Positions 49,501-62,729 are shown, counted from the first letter of the stretch. The stretch: DNA of 64,000 bases from Bigelowiella natans CCMP2755 (GCA_000320545.1 ADNK01000487.1:1-64000); one strand, 5' to 3'. A program made the numbers and translations. The notes: generated by a model not told the origin, from the letters alone.

Positions 49501-52500
49501 CAACCGGTCTCCCCCATAATCATAACTGGCAGCTCATTTCTCAATCTAAGCTGAATTGACAACATCTTAAGCAGGTTGTCAATAGTAATGACGTATCCAG
49601 CGTTAACAGGATCGAGTTTCATGTCAGAGGCCCCGGTTGAAAGCCTCCAGCCCTCCACCTTTTTTAGGATATCCATGGCCTCTTCAGAGGTCAGCCTGGA
49701 CCAGTCTTTGTCAAGATGGCGAAGGCCCTGCGCTTTGAGATTCTCCACAAGGATGGGTGAGATGTATTGGTTGAGGAACCGGCGATTGAGCGAGAGAATG
49801 TTGAATCCCTCGTATCCGCCGCCTCTTCTGAAACTTTCGTACCAGATGCACACGGGGTGATCCGTATCGTCCCACTTCATCATGTTTTGGAATCGAACAG
49901 CAAGGTTGTCAGAGGCCTGGCGAACAAGCTCAGGGTCTGCCCCGCCCTCCCGTGCTTGCGCCTGATCAAAAGCATGGTGGGTTAATTACATACACGACGA
50001 TTATCAAGAAAGAAGAAGAGTTTTTTCTGGGTGGTTCAACATTGTTTGTTATAGCCTAGTTGATTCAGAGAAAAATGAACACGAGCGTGACCTCTTGCAA
50101 TCCGATCGAAGATTGGCGACCAAGTGCAGGCTGTACAGGAGGGGGTGCACCAGCGCCAAGTGCCACTTGAGCTTGAAGTGATCCACCACCAAATAAGTTG
50201 TTAGCGTTGCCTCCCTGAGAGTAAGGGTTGCTGCCAAAGGGGTTGGACCTGTTGCTTCCCCCAGCAGAGCCTGTCGCAACGTTTGGAACTTTATTCTTCT
50301 TCTCGACACGGCCGAATTGACGGCCACGAGGCACAGCACGAAGTGTGAAATCCTTGGAGGTCTCAATCATCAGATTGCAGAAGACATGCTTGATACGTTT
50401 CAGTTCCTCGAGGAATTGAAGCACCTCATTTGTGAAAATGAAGTATCCAGTGGTAGGGTCCATTCCTTGGAAGCCCGCATACATGAACTTGATGAAGTTA
50501 TCGAAGATTAAGTAGCTAGGCTCGTCTCCTGGGGTTTGCTTGTTCATGGTAAACATTCGCAAGAGCTCAAACGCTTCAGCGGGGGAGAGAGGGTCCATCG
50601 GGCCCGGGTTCCACGCGAGATCTAACTTAGCCCCCGGAAGGAACTTTTGCTCCTTGTAAGCCTTCAAGAAGTGAGTTACGTAGCAAATAGGATCGAGGGA
50701 AGTGGGTGCTGGCAGTCCGATTTGGGTGTTTTGGGGAGGATTCTTAAATATTGGCATTGTGAGAGACATGGTTTCTGGGCCGACTTTGAGGTGCTGCTTT
50801 GGAAGCAGGGCGGGGAACCTCAGAGCTTCCGCCGTCTTGTTTCTCTCAGAGTTAGGAATCTCGAGATAGTAACAGTCCTTATTGCTCCGTGGATACACCG
50901 CACAAGTTACTGGATTCTTCAGCACTCCCACGATCAAAAGCTCGAATAAGCACGTGTTCGCATTGGCAGGAATAATGTGACCGATGTCAATATGGAAGGC
51001 GTTACGCTCGCGAGAACCGCCAAACTTAGAGAGACGGGCAACTAGAGTTCCCGAGGTAGAGCTTTCATGGTAAGGCACACGTCGGTATGCAAACCGTTCA
51101 TTAGCGGCCTGGCGTTTACCAATCTGGGTGAGAATGTAGTGGGATTTGCCGCCTCCATTGATATTGGAAGATACGCATGTAGTCTCTCCACACCATTTTT
51201 TGCACGCGTTCGCAAGGGAATGCTTCAGAGTTTTTTGATCAAGAGGACCAAGCTCCACAAGCTGAGCAGAGAGAGAGTTCAGCAAGACCTGACGAGGTTT
51301 ACCAGAGACGAGTAACAGTTGAGCGGCATCGTCAGTTCCGAAATCCGCCAGCATTTCCCTCAACTTCTCGAGGACAGAGACTTGGTATGTGTATGGCAGA
51401 GCGTGGATATCCGCAACCGTGAAGACGTAATGGCCTCGCTGGTGTTTCTTGGCAGAGATGAAACGGTAGAAAATGAGCTCAATCTCCTCTAAGGTAGTCT
51501 GGGACGAGCAGAAAAGGATTTCTGAGGGCTCAGGAATACGCCCACGGCGTACATAAACAGACAGAACCACCTCGATGACAGCTTCAGCACTTTCTGCACA
51601 AGTAACGAACACCGGCAGACGCTTCTCAGCCATGATAGATTCCTCTTCCTCAACGGATACAAGCATATCCGCACGATTCTTCGCTTGAGCGCCTGGAAGC
51701 GGAATGGCTCGGAAGTTGGCCTGGTTTCTTCCTTCATCCTTTTCTTTCTCGGCAGCTTCTTTCGCCTTTCCTTCAGCACCGGCTCCCTTGCCCTCCTTAG
51801 ACACCTTTGTAGAGAGAAGGCCATCCAGCATCGAGCCCAACGACTCGAGCTTAAACACGTTAGCCTTGGAAGAGATCAAGCCCGTATCGTTGTCTTCCTC
51901 CTCCATCTGCTTTACCCCTTCCTTAAGCTTCTTCGAGAACTCGCTGAATACCTTCTGGACCTCCCGTATGTCTACGGAAGACTTTACGAGCGTGAGCATC
52001 GACCCAAAGTCCTTGCCCGAATCGTACTGGGTTGCGTTCTCGCGGTAGGATGGAGAGCGTGATCGCCTTCTCTTCTTAATTCCGCCAGCGTCAATGATCA
52101 TCTTCGCAAATGCTTCTGGACGAGGGGTCATACACATTAAGCATTTCTCGGTGTCTATCTTGTTGTCGAATGTACACGATGGGCATTTCCAGATCTTCGG
52201 AAGGGCATCCTCCTAACATTATCATTATCAGCACAATCAATAAAAAAGCTAACAGAGGAAAAATCGGAGCTGGGACTGATTGGTATCACACTTTCATGTC
52301 CCCCACAAATTTTGCATACGTTACCTTTGATTCCTTCTTTTCCTCTTCCTTATTCTGTTCTTCATTCTCCTCCTCATTTCCCTTTGCTTCTTGCGATGGC
52401 CTCCATTTTTTGCTCTCTCCCAATAGCAGGTCGACCAACTTCAGAATCTCACGCATTGTGAAGAAATTGAGATAGTAGAAGTTCGTACGTGCACGCTTGA

Positions 52501-55500
52501 TAATAGCGTTCCACGAGGAGAGCTCCTGCTGCAAATGGGAAAATTCCTTTTTCAAAGCAGCTGCATTTTCGTCCATAGTGAAAGGAATTCGAATGTGATA
52601 TCCAGTCTGGAAAGCAAAGTGCCCTTTCTGGAACAAGGAGAAGATAAGATCCTTAATGTCCAAAGAAATCTGCAACTGGTCGAGGAATTTAGCAACAAGT
52701 TTGCTCATCTTGTGCTCCCTCTCCATTTTCGCAGGAATTTCCGTCATCACAATCTTTGATCTCAAGTCCAATAAAAACTCGAGATTCTCTGTATGAGAGG
52801 CCTGCGCCTGCTTGGCCTTCTTCTGTTGTTCGGTTTCTTCCGCTACTTTTTTGTCCTTTCCTTCTGCAACCATCTTCTTCTCCCAGTGAGTTTCAAGCAC
52901 AAGGACATCATTAGAATCAGAGGAACTCTTGAATGAAAGAACACCATTGTTAAGGAAGTGAATAATGTCCTTACAAGCCTTTATACCAGCAGATTCTTTT
53001 CCGCCTTTAATGATACGGTAAAGAGCCGCAAAAGACTGGGTCACAGACTCAAGGTGGCCTATCAACTCTCCTCCTTGCATATCAACTTCGGTACGGAAGC
53101 AGTGGATGAAATCTTTGAGGCTCTTGTAGGGCGGAGCCTGGTATAGGAGCCTCAATAATGCGGTTCGCAGAGACACTAAAGATGCAACTGCATTGACGAT
53201 GTTGGCTTCCCCACCGGAATCGTTCACGAACTGCTTCATCTGATTGAACTGGGCCTGATTCTTCTGTTTAAGAATCCACTCAACCATCTGCTCAGAGTTT
53301 TTGTCAGCCAGCAAGGTGAGGAACTTCAACTGAATCGATGTAAGCTGCGCTCCGAGGTTCTTTTTAACTGGAGCAACCAGTTCCGTGAGTGAGAGTAGAG
53401 TTTTCTTGCTCCACTCTGCTTTCAGTTGTTCATCAAGGTCCTTGAGCTGCTCATACAGCTGATCTCCTTTCTCAGTTCCCTCAAATAGAGACGCAAGCAT
53501 CGTCGTCCTCAGCTTTAAGATGGCAGGGATGGAGTTCTTCATATGAAGCAGCATCGAAAAGTCCTTCAGTTTAATGATAGCATCTTGCGTCCATCCAGCC
53601 TGGCCACCAACAAAACCGTCGCCAGTGGATGTCAGCAGGATTAACTCTCGTACGTATTCTTCGTCGGAAGCCAGGGTTGCGAAGGTTTGTTCCAACCTTG
53701 GAACAGTAATGGAGCCATCTCCGACAGAATCCTTGAGTTTTCGCCATTCTTTCTTCACACGGGGAAGCAGTTCAGCAAATACTTCCGCTCTGTTCAGTTT
53801 TCGTGTATTTTTTTCGTCATCGAGGTTGGCAAATTTTCCCTTTTGGTCTGCAATTCCGGACTTTTCACGAATAAGAGCACGCCCAGACATACGCCATTGA
53901 TCGAGGAAAAGGCGCGAGTATTGGAGTTCAGACAGCCACTCCATGTAAGTCACCTCCCTCAGTTTCTTATTGGTAAAGAAATTTTTAAATTTCCTCTTGA
54001 TATCGACAAGCATGAGGTTGTTGTAGCCTTCTGTCCAGCTCTTGATAGTTTTTTGCATTTCTGTGACTTCAATAGGGACACCACAGTCACAATAGAAGTT
54101 GAGAAAGGTATTTGTTTGACGCAGTAAGGTATCGAAGTTCTCCACCTCACTAAGCTGAATCTTCAGCATATCTTGGGAGAACTTGCATTTGATCCGGCCG
54201 AGAAGGCCAAGTAACTGATCCTGATTATTCTTAACTATATTCATAGTTTTCATTGTGGCATGGCCCCATTTCTGGCAAGCCGTCCTGAACGCCTTTTGAT
54301 CGCTGTCTTCCACATTACAGGTACTTGTGAAATCCTTCCATTGGCCATCGTTCGTGGAAAGATGCATGACAAATTCTGCATCGTCGTAACCCTGGTCAAT
54401 CATTGTGTCGACATACTTCGTGGAGATCCCTGCCGTGTTCAGCATCTCGACAATTTCCATTTGTTTTTGTTTATTTTCCAGGCTTTTCTTCAATTTAGTT
54501 TTCTGTTCCTTGTTCATATTTTTGCCCTTCTTCTCCAACTCAGCTTTGAACCAGGCCCTTGCTTTCTCATAGGTGGGAATTGTAAGAGCTATGGCTGTTT
54601 GTGAGAGAGATTCGTGAACGTGTTTGAGTAAGCCATTTAATGGGGTGTTTTGCTTCCATTCCGTAGGACTAGCCCCGCGAGTTTCGAATAGCAAGCTCCA
54701 AATAACTTCAAAGTTCAAAATTGAACTAAGTCCTGGCTGCGCGCCCCCTGCAGTCGCTGCAAGAGTGTACAAAAGCGTGTGGCTGAGATTCGACTCTTTG
54801 CGCAAGACCTTAATGGAGTCGAGCAGCTTCTTCAGCTCGTTCTGGTCTTTTGCGACAACTGGTACTACCTCAGCGAGAATTTTGACAGCTCGCTCTGTCA
54901 AAAAGGTAGCCAAAGGCTCCTTGTAGTTCATAAACCCTTCGTACTTATGTCCGAGGTTTGCAATTGTTTTGAGCACGACAGAACTTTCCCCCTTTAAGCA
55001 ACGACAACGACCCAATTCAAATAGTAGCGATTGGGGGCGCTCGAGGAAATACTGGTTCTCCATAAGGCGGTTAATAACATCACAGGCCTCCTCCAATGCG
55101 GCTGTAAGTTTCATCTCTTGCTCTGGAGGAGAAAGTTTCTTTGTCTCCCATTTCGTCACGTAGCCCTCTTTCACCTGAACGCGCTCCTCAAGATTTGGAC
55201 GCATTGCGAAACCATTCTTAAACCAAGTGTAAGCAGCCTGGTCCAACCGAACGAATTTAGCCAAAAGTTCAGAGTTCGCTTTTGCTTTCGAGTCCTCTTT
55301 CTTGTCGCTACCTTCGGGTGGCTCATCGAAGTTGATAGTGTGAGATTTGCAGCACAGTCGAGTGAAGCTCAAAATCGAACCTATGAACTTGGCTTCATCT
55401 GTAACACAGGACTTGGACTTGAAGAGGGCGGCTGCAACTTCAGGTGATTGAAGCATGGGGTACTTCTCCACAAGCTTCTGTAGAGGCCCAAGCTCTTCTT

Positions 55501-57878
55501 CAACCCATTGAGCAGAGGCAACCCAATCAGCAACAGCGGGGAGTGCTTCCTTTAGGTGGATGATAAATTCCTCAGTGAAAAGGAGCGCTAGACTTGCCGT
55601 GCATGGAGCGTAAAGAACTAGATGCTTGAGATATTCCGTCCCCATTCGTTGCATTATTTCTCCATCACTTTCTTTCTTCTCCGCCGCTTCTGCCTCGGAG
55701 ACTGCCATGACAGCGGCTATTGCCTCGTCACCAGACATTGCCGAGTAGTCTACGGCTGCCGCATTATTTTTCGATTCGGGTTTGTCCTCTTTCGCTGCGG
55801 CTTCAATCATAACTTGCGCGGATTTGATTGTGGAGAGAGCGAGCTGCATGAGATCCTTCCACTGCTTATCAAACGACTTTGTGAGTGCTGCACGTTTTTT
55901 CATTGCTTTCTTCGAGCCTAAGAGGAGAATGGTAAATTACTTTTGAAACTCTAAAAACTCTAAAACACTTTTTGCTAAGATACAAAATGCTGTCAACCTT
56001 TCTCCAATTCGATTCGATCTTCCTCTACGTTATCCTCTTTGTCTCCATCATCGAATTGAACAAAGAAAGTGCCGTTGCTGTTCACACGTCCGATGTAGCC
56101 ATTATAATAGGTTCCCCTTCCCTTATAGTTGCATCTTATCCTTTCTCCTTGCTGCAAGGTCTTGTTCAGACCAGCGTTAGGAGGTTGTGGGACAGGGGGA
56201 AGCATTTTCTTATCCTTGAGGAATGGTGCCACTCTGATCCACTGGTATGCCTCGTCATCCATAACACGTTCAGCAGCCTCCCGAAGACCAGCTGTACAGT
56301 AATGATAGTGGGGCCCCAATGCTTCCTTTAGATCTGTCTTCATAAGAGCGTGGACGTCAATGTTCTTAAGAACAAACCAGCACCATGCCGAGGGCTTAAG
56401 TTGCAGCTTCTTTTTTGTACCTCCTACGCCCTCTGTCATCTCAAATTTAGAGATTCCATGAGCTCCAACAACAGCAAGAAGAGCAAATATGATCATAGGA
56501 TCTAAGTTCTCCTTCTTGGACTCTGCCATCATTTTCAGTCCCTTTTCCATTGCTTCTTCGCCCTGGTCTCTCGTTGCTTTCTTATTGTAGCAAGAATTCA
56601 GATAATAAACTCTGGTGACAAATCCCCGGGGGTTTATCTGATAAATGCGAATGGAAGTTACTATGAATCAGCTTAACAAAACGATAACTTTATACCTTTC
56701 CATCAAGTAATAGTTGGAATGCAGCTTCAGTTGTAGATACAATCTGTAATGAAATAAAACACAGTTTCTTATGAATCACTGACGATTTTTTCAATTTATG
56801 AATGACTATTCTCGCTGGCTACGAGCTATTCGTACCGTATCTGCAATTGTGGGCTGATTGTATCCCTTGAAGAAGCCTTTAGATCCCTTGTTATTCTTCC
56901 GTAATATCGCAAAATAATGGGAGTTGCAGGATTTTTTCCTGGATGAAATCATGTGAGAGAAAATTCATATACATCCTTTTTGTAGTCTGACCTCCTGTTC
57001 ATTCCTCCTTCCAGATGAACTTTACCTTCAGCGTCCTGAATTCCGATTTTATACTCGAAAATACCTAATGAAGAACGATTCGAAATTAAATTTGCACTTC
57101 TCGCTGTCGAAATATAAATAGCATTCACCAGTGTTACAGAATTCCTTTCTCTCGAAAGGCAATTCGATCGATGCCGAAAACATACGCGGGTCTGCCTCCT
57201 AAAAAGGAAAAATCACTTAATGTTAAACGAGTGTTTGGACACAGATTTTATGGAAGATAAACCTACCGATCTTGTCATTTGGACGCCCTTGCCTTCCCAT
57301 TCTCCCATGATAGGTAGATTTCCCACAACAACTGGGACTGCTCCCTCAGGTAACCACTTAGCATCAAGCATTACGTGGAAATTACATGCACTTCGGGCCT
57401 CAGGATCTATAAGAAGAAATGTGATTTCAGCACATGTAGTATCATGAAAACGTTACGAAGCTCACTTTTTGGTATGTATCCCTTGAATTTCGGTTGGTAC
57501 TTGTCACATTCTTCCGCATAATGGAAACCTCGCATTCCGATAATGCTGAATGTACGTTCGCGAAATCTGGTCCATCTGTAAAGGAGATTTTTAAATATAT
57601 GAAAAGATATCGTTGAAGCAAACAATTCTATGCAAAGAGAAATTATAGCGAGAAATTTATCCGAACCTTTTATCACCATCCGTGTAGACAATGTGGTGTG
57701 TTCCTTTCTCATCATCCCAATTGTCAATATCTCCTTGGTACCATTTGTCCATTTTTGGCCAATGCACAGAGAGTGTTTTGCCAAGGAGAAACTCAGGGTC
57801 GGACTCGTCATATTGCCACTCTGCCTCCCCCGGCATGTAATTGGGGTCTTTTGTGACCTCTGACGGAACCTCGGCCAT
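40542..57878 (-). CDS. RNF213: RNF213/mysterin-like giant AAA+ ATPase/E3 ligase (~5,500 aa): Tudor-like, CBM20-like, Tudor-like, SAM-like, NZF, AAA+ core, U-box, RZ finger
   Basis: Large exons correspond to ORFs 52286..55903, 50065..52137, 44049..49883 and 40542..43889, plus small 5' exons. Motifs: GGGKS; GETGCGKS/IFLDEVNT/IIAACNPYR/LVYRVHPLP; GKPGTSKSLA/YQCSPLSTS/VLLDEVGLAE.SP.LPLKVLH/GISNWALDPAKMNRA/GLREFYS; GSDFP.D; LYESLYDLLNQ; PLLNRFEKQ; RZ finger WYKCSNGHAYFVDKCGRP...KCATCGVKIGGLNH. These follow the RNF213 motif order. Confidence 0.92.
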
Positions 57879-60181
57879 TTTTTTGATCTACAAAGACCTG
57901 TATAAAATAAGCACGTGAGTTTGACGGCGAATATGAGTGGAATGCTCGAGCAATCGTACTGCCACTTTAAAGTTGGCACTTGAAAACATGCCATTCGAAA
58001 GAATGATCTCCCAAAATGTATCTCGATATGACTTTCGTACAAACAAATTCGAACAATTTGAGAAAGAAATAGAGGATTGAGAGAGTTGAATCGAGAGAAT
58101 AGAGGGATGGAAGAGGGAGGGTACGAACAACCTCCGTGTAAAAAAGATCTTGTGGACTTGTTCGGGAGGGGCCAGCGATTCAGCTTTACGAAATGCCTTT
58201 TCTCGTGACCAGATCCCAGAATGTATTATGTTCCACCTTAGCGGATTGTACTTTTAGAAGTCGTAAGGATATTTTAAGCTTTTGCGCATCGACAGAGAGA
58301 AAACTAGTTGGAAAATGCACGCAATCGAAATATCAGGATATTTTCTGGAGTGGTTTAAAGGAATGCAGCTGCAAATTCGCCAAACAATGATGAAATGGAA
58401 GTCGTTTAATACGAAATGCACAACAATTTACTCCTTTGAATGCTTGACTTTGCACTCAATTAAGAGTAAACTGCACCGAACTGGTAAGACAGAGCCCTGC
58501 AATTATTCATCCTTTGTAAAGTGTTTAATTGCAAGAAAATATATGAGGTTTCTCACATGAGACACAATTTTAAAGCAGTTAGCAATCACATTGTAGGATA
58601 TAAGCAATATAACAGGCAATGAAAAAACTAAATAAATAGCAAATCATTGCTGACAATTTCAAACTCAATACCAGAAAAATCTTCTTTTTGCAGGTGATTT
58701 TGTCCTGCATCCTGGATTGTAAGACAAAAAAGTTAACTCGTTAGCTTTCCACTCTTTTCGACGGAAAAAGCTGAGATTCGTCTTTGGTTTCCGTTCGGTT
58801 TTTTTTTGTAGTTAACATCAAGATCCAGTAGATCAACAGCTCGCGCGAGAATTTATTCCTAGTCTAGCTCCTAAGTACAACTGATTTTTTTTTCCCAGCT
58901 GGACTAATTCTATGTAATTCGAGAATGAAAATTTACGTGTGCGATTTAATTTTCCCAAGAGGAAATCATACTTTTTCCTTGCTGTCTCGGTTAATTTTTT
59001 TCTACGTCGTAAAAATCCTCGTCATACATCTGATGTCAGTACCCCACTCAGCAACAACATCAATTTCATAGTTGTGTGTCGCACTCTTGTAAAACGATCC
59101 TTTTTGACGAGAGGTCGAAAATCGCTACGAACAGACAATTTTTTTTCGTTATCTAGGGACATATTTTGCATACGACATAATTACAATTTCTCCGTATGCA
59201 GATATTGCCAGTACTGAGGGCGATATTATCCTCGATAATAACGTTGTAATAATCTCCGTGGCGAGACGTGACTCCAAACTCCGAAAACAAGGTTTTCTGA
59301 GTTGAACATCATAATTCTAAATTACCAAAATTATTAGAGACGACAGAAGAAATACACTGTCGCATAACATGTGCATGTTAATAAATACGAGAACCACAAA
59401 ATATCTTGATTTCTAATTGTTTTTAGAATCTTTTGAACCCTGATTTCTTGCTGGAATGCACGGACGCGTAGCAAATCTCTCTTCTCTCTTCTTTCTCTCT
59501 TTTGCCTCTCTTTGAATATCATGGCTGCATATTGGTACAAAAACGTCAAGCATACTTTGTAGACGTTGTCCAAAAACCTAGTCTAAATGCAATAAATTTT
59601 CATCTAGATATTTTTTAAGAAGACATAAGTTAACTACAAAAAATATAATATCTCCTGTTTAAAGCACTAAAATCCCCATAAAGTCAAGATATTTGTCATT
59701 ACAAGTGGTTTTCGCAAACAATATTAAAACTTGAGATTGAATATGTAAATCTGATTTAATATCAATAGTTATAATCTCTCTTATGAAGAAAAGATTTATT
59801 GTCCGAACTGTGCCATTTTCAACATTAATAATCGAATCGGTCTATCAAGATTCAATTACAATAATGAATTACGACTACACATATTGTGCATCTCAGTAAT
59901 AAAAAGTAGTACGTTTAACACAAACTGCTATCTGGGAATTCAACAGATCTTCTGAGTTTTCTGGCATTGGTCTCCGTGCGTCAGACCCCGAACACGCAAT
60001 CAGTCAAGCATTAGGTACCTCCTTGCGCATTGCATCGCACCCCTCGATGCAAATGTTAAGCCGCTAATTTTCATTCGTACATTTCACGAGTAATATATTT
60101 ACCATGTGTGAGTTGTCACTGTTCATTTTAGCAATGTGCTTTCCCCTCAAATGTAACATATTGTCATTTCATCAGAACACC

Positions 60182-61159
60182 ATGGGAGGAAAGAAAAAAT
60201 TATCTTTTGGAGAGAACTTCATGCTCTCTGGTGTCGCAGCCGTCACCTCTAAGACCGCCGCTGCTCCTATTGAGCGTGTGAAGCTTCTTATCCAGAACCA
60301 GGATGAGATGATTAAGCAGGGCCGTCTCAAGGTAAATAAAGCAATATTTATGTGTCTCTGTGGGTAACTCCTGATTCTATCCACTCTTTCACCACAGACC
60401 CCTTACAAAGGAATGGTGGACTGCACCATGCGTGTCATGGCAGAGGAGGGTATTGGACCTTTCTGGCGTGGAAACACTGCGAACGTTGTCCGTTACTTCC
60501 CTACCCAGGCACTCAACTTTGCTTTCAAGGGAAAGATTAAGGCTCTCTTCAAGGTTCCAAAGGATGCTAACTTCGCTGTGAGAATGGGATCTAACATTGC
60601 GTCCGGAGGATGCGCTGGTGCGCTCTCCCTGTGCTTCGTGTACTCTCTGGACTACGCTCGTACCCGTCTTGCCAATGACGCTAAGTCCGCTGGTAAGGGA
60701 GGGGAGCGCGAGTTCAATGGTCTCCTCGATGTCTATCGTAAGACTCTTGCATCTGATGGATTCCATGGACTTTACCGTGGATTCTCCATTTCTTGTGTTG
60801 GTATTGTTGTCTACCGTGGTTTCTACTTCGGTCTTTACGATACCATCCAGCCTATGCTTGGAAAGAACGCTAGCTTCGCTGTTAACTTCGCCGTTGGTTA
60901 CGCAGTCACAGTTGTTGCTGGTCTCCTCTCATACCCAATTGATACCATCCGTCGTCGTATGATGATGACCTCCGGACAGGCTGTTAAGTACAATGGCGCG
61001 CTTGACTGTGCTCAACAGATCATGAAGGCCGAGGGAGTTGGATCTTTCTTCAAAGGAGCAGGTGCTAACATTCTTCGTGGTGTTGCCGGAGCTGGTGTAC
61101 TCGCTGGATTCGACGAAGTGAAGAAATTCTACATCAAGACTGCTTACCCTGATGCATAA
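60182..61159 (+). CDS. AAC: Mitochondrial ADP/ATP carrier (adenine nucleotide translocase), 303 aa, one intron 60332-60397
   Basis: [52 protein letters not shown] and the diagnostic RRRMMM motif; phase-0 GT-AG intron. Confidence 0.97.
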
Positions 61160-61199
61160 GCCTAAGCACCTAATGAAGTGTACCCAGATTAATGATGCT

Positions 61200-62500
61200 A
61201 CGCATCCATCAGTGCAGGCACGACTTGCATGTACATGCAGTTCAGATTTTCTGAATTTACACTAGGTTTAGCATTGCATTTCTTGCCCATCATTCATTCA
61301 CTCCTTGTCATTGCATTGTTGTGCGTTGCACGGCATCTGAATGTGCGTGCATTGCATGTGGCAACAAGCATCTACATCTTGCTAGCTTGCATGGTCCGCA
61401 ACACGATCGCTAGCTAGCAGATCATCGTGCATAATGGAAAGTTCTGCATCTGTTGGAATGCTGTTATTGATATCGATCTGCTTTGTATCCAGCAAGCCGC
61501 GAAGGCTATGAGGTTGCAGCAATGCAAGCTAGCAGCTTATAGTAGCAGCGACGCGTGCGATCGTTTGCGATGCAGTGCTATGTACGTACGTACACAACGC
61601 TGACCAGCAGCTAGCTTCCTCATTCCTCATTGTGTCGTGAAAGGAAGCAGTGTGCCTCAATCATGCTAGCATAGCGCTGCCGCGCTGATGGCGAGCCACA
61701 TCACTGCTAGATCTAGGGATGCATGACTGCATGATCGAGAGTTGTGTTCAGTTCGATCAGGCATCATACTCGCCCGATGCACAACAACTTTGCATCGACT
61801 TTCGTCTAGCTTTGTTTGCCTAGCAGTCTGTGCATGCTGCATCGCATGTGTACATGCATGAACGATCACGTTGCCTTCTAGCCTTCAACACAGGTTTGAG
61901 ACAGCCACGTACCTGTCTAGCTGTCGTCCCCGCATCGCTAGATCGTCCCATCTGCTAGCTAGCTGTAGCCGAAGCATTCGCCTCCATCGCGCACTGCTAG
62001 ACTGCCTAGCTGCTTCCAACTTTCAACCTAGAAACCACGACACCGCCAAAGCAATCTAAGCCCAATCTGCTCATGCACAGCACGCGCATTGATTTCCATC
62101 CCATGTGAAAACAGAGTTACGCTTGAAATCCGCCGTGCTAGCTAGCGGCGTGTTCGTCGGATTTAGTCGGTCGTGCTTGATCGATCAATCGCAATTCAAT
62201 AGCTAGCCGCTGCTCTACTGCTCTAGTGCTAGCCTTTGCTGGCTACTACTAGCGCTGGCTGTGCGCGTCATCAATTGATCGGGATGCGTCGGTGGGGCCT
62301 GCTAGCCTGCCTCCAATTCATCGCGACAACAACATTGCACACACCTACCTGTACATGCTGCGCTTATACGATGTGTGACAACCAACGCAACGCAACATGC
62401 AGCCCTGCAATTGCAGTAGCATGCACTGGAGAAATTTTTGTATTTAATTGCAGTCATGTCTTTGATGCGGCGGAACACGGCTGCTAAGACAGCTACGACT
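61200..62500. repeat. CTAG-rich, TpA-depleted island downstream of AAC
   Basis: 61681-62050 has ~16 TpA, ~12 in CTAG; TGCA and CATG abundant. Confidence 0.75.
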
Positions 62501-62729
62501 CATAAAAAAGATGTCATCAGCCATAAAGTTAAAGTATCAATACGAACTTAAATCTAAAAATGCCAAAGCACTCCTACGACTAGAACCTGTTGTAAGTCAA
62601 GTATTGCGACAAACGTGTGCATGCTACTAAACTTGTTCGCATAAATTGGAAAAGGAAGATGAAAAGCATGCGACTATTCGCTAGCCTAGCAGCTATACAT
62701 TGCCTCTTCGGTTGTGTTTAGCACAGCAA

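Noticed and set aside
40542-55903. Four separate large genes, or a midasin/dynein assignment
   Set aside because: The ORFs are separated by short intron-like gaps with splice signals and follow RNF213 motif order ending in an RZ finger; no dynein or midasin MIDAS hallmarks were seen.
58000-60100. Possible small multi-exon minus-strand gene (e.g. DLLRVRAFQQEIR)
   Set aside because: I could not build a consistent spliced frame or recognise a domain; left unannotated.
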